From the NCBI RefSeq assembly GCF_018977255.1, contig NW_024704742.1, positions 15,874,001 through 15,934,000 on the forward strand: a DNA stretch of 60,000 nt. Reading direction: 5' to 3'. This document shows, one piece after another, positions 51,365 to 60,000 of the stretch. Made by a program: the position numbers and the translations under genes. Origin of the DNA: Callorhinchus milii. Taxonomy: Eukaryota. The notes under the pieces are model-generated. The model saw only the letters and a program-made list of their open reading frames with translations. It was not told where the DNA came from and made no database searches. Positions within the stretch are counted from its first letter, which is position 1, and the number at the start of each line of letters is the position of its first letter.

Positions 51365-51524
51365 CATTTGAAAAGAGAAGGGAATGTCTCTGAGTGTTTA
51401 GCTAGCAATACTCCAAATTAATTGGACTTCCACTTCAATTAGATATTTCCTTTTAGAAGTGACCCTGTGTGGACTACTAAACTTAATGACAAATGTAGAA
51501 TAAGCACCTAAATGTCGTTACTCC

Positions 51525-52467
51525 CTGCTCGCCAGACGTCCCAATCCTTCCCTCCACAAGATGCACATTATTCAGAATTCTGCAATTCATGTCCACTGAT
51601 GCACTGAGCTCTGACACTCGCCTGCTCCATGTCCCCCACCCTGCCCACTCCATCATCGATGGTCAGGCCTTTAGCCTCTCTGCCTCCACTCTCTGGAACC
51701 CATCCCAGAGCCCTTCTGCCTTGCCCCCTCCATTGCCTGCGTCAAGGCCCACCTCAAGACCTTCCTCCATGCCTCTTGTCATTTTCCCATCTCCACCTCG
51801 CTGGCCTCCACCGCCATCTCCAACCCCCAGCTCGGATGCTAATCCTTCATTATCCAGTGCCTTGAGATGTCCTTCCCAGATGAACAACAACAACAACAAC
51901 ATTACATTTGTATAGCACCTTTCATGTCAGGAGGACATCACAAGGTGCTGGACAATCAGTGTTTCGGACCTGAGCTGGGGTTTGGGATCGGGGAGGGTGG
52001 AGGGCAGGGGGGAAGGAGGGTGATCGAAGACATGGTCAAAGAGGAGGATCTTGAGAAAGGTCTTGAAGGAGGCAAGGGAGGGGGCAAGGTGGAGCGGCTA
52101 CAGGATGGAGTTTCAGAGGGTGGGGGAAGAGTGGCTGAAAACCTGCCCACCAATGGTCCTAGGCGAGGCAGGGGACATGAAGCAGGCTGGAACTCCACTG
52201 AGCGGAGGGAGCGGACAGGTTGGCAGGGGTTTAGGAGGTCACAGAGGTAGGGGCAAGCAAGGCTTTGAAGGTGAGGACCAGGATCTTGAACTGTATCCTC
52301 CCTGTATTGGAAGCCAGTGGAGTCGGGCGAGGATGGGGGTGACAGGGCCATGGAGCCTGGTGCGGGAGAGGACACAGGCTGCAGAGTTCTGGATGATCTG
52401 CAGCCTATGGAGGGAGGCATTTGGGAGGCCAACAAGCAGGGCATTATATGCAATTCATTGTTGTTGT
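51525..52467. mobile_element. L2 3' fragment (+) with an antisense L2 (51883-52440) inserted in its tail
   Basis: The plus copy stops at cccagatgaa and resumes at ggcattatatgcaattcattgttgttg. The insert encodes ALLVGLPNASLHRLQIIQNSAA. Confidence 0.88.
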
Positions 52468-52743
52468 AAATAGGAAGAAAACATTTTTTGACTTAAGTTT
52501 ACATTTATTAATTAAATTATGACCATTTCTTTCAGTACTCCCTTCCTAGTTTGCAAATAACACAACTAAAGAGATACATAATACATTATCTTTTTCGCTT
52601 GGGCTAGAATTATTCCTATTTATGCTTACTTTTCAGTAAACCCAGTTTGAGCTTTCTTGCTCTCTCCAGATCTCTAGTCATCGAAAAAAATTAGGACTAT
52701 CATTGGTGCCCTGTTGCATTCCTATTACCATTATATCATTATG

Positions 52744-53068
52744 TAATAATAATAATAATAATCCTGGCATTTGATATAGCGCTTTTCACGTCGGGAGGAC
52801 GTCCCAAAGCGCTTCACAGAACACATTGTAAAGTGAATTGACTATATTTTTTGTGGGCGAACGCGGCTGCCAATTGCGCACACCAATGTCCCACAAACAG
52901 TCGTAGATTGAAAATGACCAATTTATTATTGTTTTTTGTTTTGGAGAGATTATTATTAGGTGTGTGGAGTAAGGAAACTTGCCCAAGGTTTCGCCCTCTG
53001 CCTGGAATTGAACTCAGGTCTCTCGCTTGCAAAGCGAGTGCTCTAACCACTGAGCTACAGGACTCCAC
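52744..53068 (-). mobile_element. tRNA-Ala-derived SINE, full length, young subfamily
   Basis: Near-identical to 38562-38885 and 14749-15072. Confidence 0.93.
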
Positions 53069-53219
53069 TGTAAATAGAGTGATTACATAATAGTGTATGA
53101 TATGCCTCATATTTGCTCTATAATCTTTATAAGAATGGCAATATTCACTTCTTCTTTAAACTACATATATATATATTTTGGTCAGCTCTATCATAATAAA
53201 CTATAATAATATCTCAACT

Positions 53220-53400
53220 ACAATAATAATTTGATCACTCAATCCACAACTGTTTGTCAAACATTGCTGTGCAAAATAAGCTGCTACGTTTCACTCACAA
53301 AATATACAATTCACTTTACAGTAAATTCTGTGAAGCACTTTGAGACGTCTCGACAACGTGATAAGGCACTATATCAAATGCAAGGATTATTATTATTATA
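53220..53400 (+). mobile_element. SINE 3' half
   Basis: caatccacaactgtttg..gagacgtctcgacaacgtgataaggcactatatcaaatgcaagg(att)n. Confidence 0.85.
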
Positions 53401-53535
53401 TTCAATGGATGATGAAGGAAGGATTAATATAGGAATTAAATTGAAGGTTAACTATATTTGGTGGAATTGTGATTTTGGGGCTGTGAGTCTTGTCCACATA
53501 ATATCACTATTATGCAAGAAACATGGTTATTACAG

Positions 53536-53685
53536 TGCTGATCAAAGGTCATACCCATTCTGATGAAGAGCCTGAACTGAAATATTAAACTATCTTACTT
53601 TTTCAGATGCTGGTTGACCTGTTTTGCATTTCATCATTTTCTATTTTTATTGCAGATATCTAGCATCCTTGTTTTTTGTTTCTTA
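53536..53685 (+). mobile_element. Penelope-like terminal-repeat relic
   Basis: tctgatgaagag..tgaaatattaa..cagatgctggttgacctg..ttttattgcagatatctagcatc, colinear with 20270-20350. Confidence 0.6.
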
Positions 53686-53957
53686 TTTCTTTTTATTTCT
53701 GGTTCTCAAACAGCACTGCAGCTCACCTGAGAGACATCAAAGGCTCGACTCAACATTACCATAAAGCTAATGGATTTATAATCAAATGCAGAATATAATC
53801 TTTATATAGGCACAGATGACTGGGTAGGTAAACCCAACTTTCAGAATTATAGTGGCACATGCTAAATAATGTTTCATTTCATATTCAAAATATTCTGAAG
53901 TATTCAAACAATACTAAGTGTAGTGATGGTCATTAAGCCACAAATGTGGCAGCTGTC

Positions 53958-54079
53958 CATTGACCGTGCTTATGGTCACCTCTTCCTTCCCCCCCAGCAC
54001 GGCGTCAGGCTCTACCATTGTTAAGCATTCCGATACCCTGCCCCGTGTGAAGGGCACTATATAAATGCAAGTTGTTGTT
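53958..54079 (+). mobile_element. L2 3' end
   Basis: gaccgtgcttatggtcacc..ctatataaatgcaagttgttgtt. Confidence 0.85.
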
Positions 54080-54621
54080 CTTGATAGAAAGTGACTATTG
54101 TTAGTAACAGTAAAGCAGGCAACAAGAAATATTAGCACTGAGCATTCTTGGTCTCTCCAAATAAATGTGCTTGTCCAGGCAGTCAGATCCCCTCTCGGGT
54201 CCCTCCATTTACTAGCTTGAACCACTTTTTTACTGAGTGAACTCAACATATCTGATATGACCACATAAATCATTACAGTCTGGGTTCTTTACTGACTCGA
54301 AAAGCAATGTCTAATCCTGAGCTTTACACAATCAAAAGATTAAAAAAATGTTTACTCCCACTTCTGCATATAATGTTTGCATAGAAAAACAATGAATTAA
54401 GGCTGGGTGAGAAAAAGAGAAATTAAACTCACATCTCAGAGTACCCTAAAACACAAAGCACGAATTCATTATGGACCAACCATGTACAATTGCATCAGAG
54501 GCCTGAAGTTCCATCTAATCTTATCTGAAAGACAATTTTTACTTAAAATTTAAGATCAGACAGAATTGTGGAAAATGTTTAACTCCAGTCTTAATTCAGA
54601 ATGCTTAAAAAATAAATGGAT

Positions 54622-57600
54622 TCATAGAATCATAGAATCGTACATCACCAAAAGAGGCCATTCGGCCCATCGAGTTTGTGCCGGCTCTTTGAAAAGAGCA
54701 ATGTAATGTCAATCCCACTCCCCAGCCCTTTCCCCATAACCCTGCAGACCCATCCTCCTCAAATACCCATCCACAGCGTTTTTAAAAATTGTTATCGAAT
54801 CGGCCTCCACCACCCTTTCAGGCAATGCGTTCCAGGTTCGAACAACGCGCTGTGTGAAAAAATTTCTTCTCACCTCCCCTCTGCTTCTTTTAGAGACTAT
54901 TTTAAATCTGTGACTCGAGTCACCGACACACCTACCAGTAGAAACAGTTTTTCCCTTTCTAACCTATCAAATCCCCTCAAACTTGGAAATTGTACTTGCT
55001 ATACCTAAGTCCAGATCATTTATGTATATTAAGAAGAGGAGTGGTCCTAATACCTCATGAATTTGAAGACCTCTATTAGATCTCCTCGTAACCTTCTCTG
55101 CTCCAATGAGAATAATCCGAGCCTCACTAGCCTTTCCTCATAATCAAGGTCCCACATTCCTGGTACCATTCGTGTAAATCTCCTCTGCACCCTTTCCAAT
55201 GCCTTAACATCCTTCCTATAGTGTGGTGCCCAGAACTGGGCGCAGTTTCTAACTGAGGCCTAACCAGTGTTTTATATAGGTCAATCATAACCTCCTGACT
55301 CTTGTACTCTATGCCCCTATTTATAAAGTCTAGTATCCCATATGCCCTTTTTACAGCTTTATCTACCTGTCCTGCCACCTTCAAGGATTCATTTACCTGA
55401 ACTCCCAGGTCTCTCTGTTCTTTTACCCCCCTTAAGATTGTATTACCAGCCTATATTGCCTCCCCTCATTCTTTCTGCCAAAATGCATTACCTCGCATTT
55501 CTCCACATTGAAATTCATCTGCCATGTGTCTGCCCATTTTACCATTCTGTCTATGGCTTCCTGCAGTTGCTATCCTTCTCACTGTTTTCCACCCTACCTA
55601 ACTTTGTGTCATCCGCAAACTTGGAAATGGTACTTGCTATACCCAAGTCCAGATCATTTATGTATATTAAGAAGAGCAGTGGTCCTAATACCGATCCTTG
55701 GGGGACGCCACTGTATACTTCCCTTCAGTCAGAAAAGCAGCCGTTCACCACAACTCTCTGCTTTCTGTCTCCCAGCCAGTTCTGGATCCATGCTGCCACT
55801 GTCCCTTTATACCATGGGCTTCTATCTTTCTTACAAGTCTTTCATGTGGCACTTTGTCAAATGCCCTTTGAAAGTCCATATACACTTCATCAACTGCACT
55901 ACCCTTATCCACCTTCTCCGTTACTTCATCGAAAAATTCTATTAGATTTGTTAGACAAGATTTGCCTTTAACAAATCCGTGTTGGCTGTCCCTAATTAAC
56001 CCATATTCTTCTAAGTGAAGATTTATTCTGTCCTGGATTATAGCCTCCAGGAGTTTCCCCACTACTGATGTTAGGCTGACTGGCCTGTAGTTTCCAGGTT
56101 TGTCCTTCTGTCCCTTTTTGTACAGGGGAGTAACATTGGCCACCCTCTAGTCCTTCAGCCAAGTCAACCTTTTCAGTACTTCCTCTCTGTTTATACTTAT
56201 CCTATCCATTTCCTCTACCCTCTCCTCCAATACTGCTGCATTTGGTGCATCCACTTCTTTTGTGAAGACAGATGCGAAGTATTCATTCAATACATCAGCC
56301 ATGCTCTCTGCCTCCACAATAAGATTTCCGCCTTAGTCCTTAATTGGCCCCACCCTATCTTTGACTCACCTTTTTTTTTGATATGTTTGTAAAATATTTT
56401 AGAATTCCCTTTAATGTTACCCACTAACCTTTATTCGTATAATCTTTATACCCCTCTTTTTTCCTGTTTTACTTGTCTTCTGCGCTTCCTCTATTCTATT
56501 TGGTTGTCTTCTATACCTTGGGTTTGACATTTGTCATATGTCTCCTTTTTCTGCTTCATTCTAGATACAATTACCTTCGTCATCCAGGGAGGTTTGGATG
56601 CCCTACTTTTCCCTTTTGTGGGAATGTGTTTATTCTGTCCCCGAGCTAGCTCATCCTTGAAGACTTCCCACTGCTCTTTAGTTGTTTTACCTGCCAATCT
56701 TTCTTTCCAATCCACTTGGCTAGGTCCCTTTTTAACTCAATGAAATTTGCCCTCTTCCAGTTGAGTGTCTTCACCTTAGATGGTTCCTTGTCCCTTTCCA
56801 TATGCACTCTCAATCTAATGATATTGTGATCACTATTGCTCAGATACTCTCCCACTGAAACCTGCTCCACTTCCCCTACTAGATCCCCAGAACTAGATCC
56901 AACACTGCTTACTTCCTTGTTGGGCTGGAAACGTACTGATCAAAAACGTTGTCCTGTATACATTTTAGGAACCTTTCCCCCTCCTTGCCCTTTGCGCTGT
57001 TGTTTTGCCAGTCTATGTTGGGATAATTAAAGTCCCCCATCATCACAACTCTATTGGCCTTGCATCTGTCTGAGATCTGCTTGCAGATCTGCTCATCTAT
57101 TTCCTTCCCACTATTTGGTGATCTTTAGTATACCCCTACCAGCATAACAGCTCCTTTTTTGTTCCTTAACTCTAACCAGATAGATTCCGTTTTGGGGCCC
57201 TCCAGCACCTCAACCCTTTCCACAGCTATAACCATATCCTTGATTAACATTGCCACACACTCCTTTTCTTCCTTCCCTATCCCTCCTGAATACATTATTG
57301 CCAGGAATATTCAGCTCCCATTCCTGTCCTTGTTTGAGCCAGGTCTCTGTTACTGCTACTACATTGTATCCCCCTATGACCACTTGAGTCTGCAGCTCAC
57401 CACTCTTGTTTGCTAAACTCCGTGCATTTAGGCACATGCACTCCAAGAATGACTTGACCTGTTCTGCACATCCCCCCTGTTTTATTTCTCCATTTTCTAG
57501 CTTTTTTTTTGCATTCCCTTCCGCCCTCAAAACTGGTTTAAACCCTCCCCAACAGCATTAGTTAGCCTGTCTGCAAGCACATGCGCCCCAGCCCTGTTTA

Positions 57601-58525
57601 GGTGTAACCCATCCATATGGTGCAGGTCCCACCTGCTCCAGAACTGGTCCCAATGATCCAGAAACCTGAAGTCCTCTTTTCTGGACCATTTCTCCAGCCA
57701 AGCATTCATATGTTTGATCCTGCCATTATGGCACTCATTTGCCTGAGGCACAGGGAGTAATCTAGAGATCACCACCTTGGATGTTCTATTCTGTATTTTG
57801 TTCCCCAGCTTTTGATATTCACCTTGTAGCATCTCAGCCCNTTTTTTTAACCTGTATCATGGATCCCAACCTGGATCACCACTTCTGGATGTTCCCCTTC
57901 CCCCTGAAAAATTTTATCCATTATGTCTAAGACTGTTTCACCAGGGAGGCAACATATCATCCTTGACTCCCGTCTTCTGTTACAGAAACACCTGTCTATA
58001 CCTCTCACTGTTGTATCCCCTATGACAACAACATTCCTCCTGTTACCTATGTCCCCTTGTTCAACCAATCGTTTTTTACTGTCCTCCCTGGAGATATCAG
58101 CACTTTCAATGTTCAGTACAGAGTACTGGTTTGAGAGAGCTACACTATTGGGGGCATTCTGCCCAGCCTTTCCCCCTTCCTACCATTCCGGACAGTCACC
58201 CAGTCATGTTCCATCTGAACCCTCGGTGGCTGTGGGGTGACCACCTCCATAAGTGTCTGGTCCATCAAATCCTCACATCCGTTGTGTAAGTTTGAAGCCC
58301 AAGGCTCCATCACCCCTCTCTCAGTGGTCCCATTATCTGCAGGACTGATAAAACTATCCTGTCCCTGACCATTAACCAGATGCAAGCATCTCCCGAGTCT
58401 CAGGGGAGTGATGGTTTCCTCCATCATACTGTCAAGGAACCTCTCACTGTCCCTGATGGAGCGATGCATCTGCACCTCGGCTTCCAGCTCAGCTACTCTC
58501 AGCTGGAGTTTCCTGAGTTGAATTG
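54622..58525 (-). mobile_element. CR1-clade LINE, near full length, inactivated (ORF1 coiled-coil plus SGNH esterase; ORF2 APE plus RT; (ATTCTATG)n tail)
   Basis: ORF1: LQLRVAELEAEV, VVIGDTTVRG..CCLPG..VVIQVG, DGLHLNRAG. ORF2: [59 protein letters not shown] at about 55600-55625, [11 protein letters not shown]. Multiple frameshifts, stops and deletions. Confidence 0.96.
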
Positions 58526-58549
58526 GAGCTTCCAATTCAAATTGTTTGA

Positions 58550-58790
58550 ATGTCAACAAAGTGCTTAACCTAATTTTACTGTGAAATGTAGTGACTGTGC
58601 ATTTGTAGACAAATGTGTCAGCTAATTTTGTGCCCAGCAAAATGTCCCACAAATGAAGTGAATGACGAATTTTATCTGCGGGTTTGTTGGCCAGGAGACC
58701 TGGAAAAACTCCCTTCTCTTTTGGAATGTGGGACCTTTAATGTCCACCTGCAGATGGGACCATGGTTCATCGTCTGACACCTAAGATTGC
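58550..58790 (-). mobile_element. DeuSINE fragment
   Basis: tttactgtgaaatgtagtgactg..ggccaggagacctggaaaaactcccttctc..gggacctttaatgtccacctg. Confidence 0.75.
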
Positions 58791-59073
58791 TAAAATTGCA
58801 ATCTCAGCAACTCAAGCATAGGAAGAATAATATGATGACAGGAGAAGCTTAAGTTGGGATGTGTTAGCAAAATATGTTTATTACATTTATTTTCCTAATT
58901 TGGGGCAAACATTAAAATAACAAAAGAGTATTGAGAGTAGCTTCACTACTGGGGTACAATATTCTTTTCAAAGTCACTGTGTGTGAGCTGAAAATTTTTA
59001 AAACTGCTTAGCCTAGAGGGGAACATGTTTCTAAGTGATAGTCAAAGTGTTGAAGGGACTTTATAACATATAT

Positions 59074-59542
59074 GGGGAGAAATTTCACCTGGCTCTAGAT
59101 TTACTCTATTTATGCAGCATTTTAGAGAGTCCAGAATTTTGGCAAACTGTTGGATTCAGGCTTAACTTCAAAGTTATTTTTGTAGTTCTTCTCTCTTCCC
59201 CCCACCACCCCCTTATCCTCCCACAGCCCCTCACCTTCCCTCAGCTCCCCCCACCCCCAACTCCTCCTCTTGTCCTCAGCTACCCTGCCTTCAGTTCTGG
59301 CCCCCTGCCTTCAGATTCTCCCCTGCCCCCACTCTTAACTTCCCCTGTCCTCATCCCCCTGCCCCCACCTTCCCCCCCCCCTCCACCCCGAGTACTTTGA
59401 GATGTCCTCCTGAACACAATTGTGTTCTTACAGGAAGCCAGTACCAAAATTAAAGATGTATTTATGAATTTGCCAAAGTCCGATCATTCTGAAGTGCTAA
59501 ATAAAGTACAGTAAATCTAGATTCATGTGGAATTTCTCCCCC
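59074..59542. mobile_element. Foldback MITE family A, interrupted by a C-rich L2 3' fragment (about 59190-59415)
   Basis: Left ggggagaaatttcacctggctctagatttactctatttat versus right-end reverse complement ggggagaaattccacatgaatctagatttactgtactttat; similarity continues for about 80 bp. Confidence 0.82.
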
Positions 59543-60000
59543 ACAGGCTTTTAATCAAATAATCAGATAGTGGATTAAATGAGATGTAGAATGATTCATG
59601 TATGCTCTGACCCTTTCCTGGTATTGATTAATGATCAATCATTTGAGTTTGAAGTGCAAATTGAAAAGTATTTTCTGTCCTCTATGATGCAGAACAATCT
59701 ATTTAGCTGATAAACCTGGAGTACTTCTTCCCTTCTGAAGAGTCTTGCTTTTCTTCTCCTCTGCTTATGTCTCAAGACAAGAGGCAGATACTTGTTCAAT
59801 TGTAGGCGAAAAATTGGCTTGGATGTGATGGAGTTTGCAAGTGCTTGCTGAGAAACAACTCACAAACATGGGTGCAGCTCTATAACATAATCCGCAGAGG
59901 TAGGCTTTCCAAGGTAACTTGTTATTATTTCAGACTTCTACTTTTATACTTGATTTGCAGGAGAGAAACTGAAATAATTGGACATCTGGATGCTCATAAT

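Noticed and set aside
52814..53110. Recurrent similar ORFs (MGKFPYST.., [11 protein letters not shown]..) suggesting a gene family
   Set aside because: They are translations of SINE copies.
57835..57850. Programmed frameshift or readthrough in CR1 ORF1
   Set aside because: Coincides with a single N beside a homopolymer (another N at 13821), so it is assembly uncertainty in an already dead element.
59190..59392. Proline-rich ORF / G-quadruplex-forming tract
   Set aside because: It is the C-rich 3' UTR of an L2 fragment, ending in gtactttgagatgtcctcctga.
1..60000. CRISPR array, operon or prokaryotic-type system
   Set aside because: No regularly spaced repeat-spacer structure and no gene-dense region. 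All dispersed repeats resolve to eukaryotic transposons.

Overview
Repeat-dense, non-coding (intronic or intergenic) vertebrate DNA. The repeat repertoire points to a cartilaginous fish, probably a chimaera such as Callorhinchus; this is inferred, not verified. No intact host protein-coding gene is supportable. The ORF track is almost entirely decayed LINE fragments, antisense frames of SINEs, or chance ORFs. Main content: (i) many L2-clade LINE fragments of several ages with (GTT)n tails; (ii) CR1-clade LINEs, including a decayed near-full-length copy at 54622-58525 (-) with SGNH-esterase ORF1 and APE/RT ORF2; (iii) an old DeuSINE (SacSINE1/AmnSINE-like) family; (iv) a younger tRNA-Ala-headed SINE in three age classes that appears chimeric, with a 3' stem-loop tracking the young L2; (v) three Penelope-like terminal-repeat relics with decayed hammerhead-ribozyme cores, one with a 14-bp TSD; (vi) at least two MITE families; (vii) isolated hairpins, templated micro-duplications, repeated nested insertions into retroelement tails, several repeat-free AT-rich blocks that could be conserved non-coding elements, and two weak candidate 53-nt exons on the minus strand. 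I found no convincing new multi-gene system. The best leads are at the transposon/RNA-structure level.
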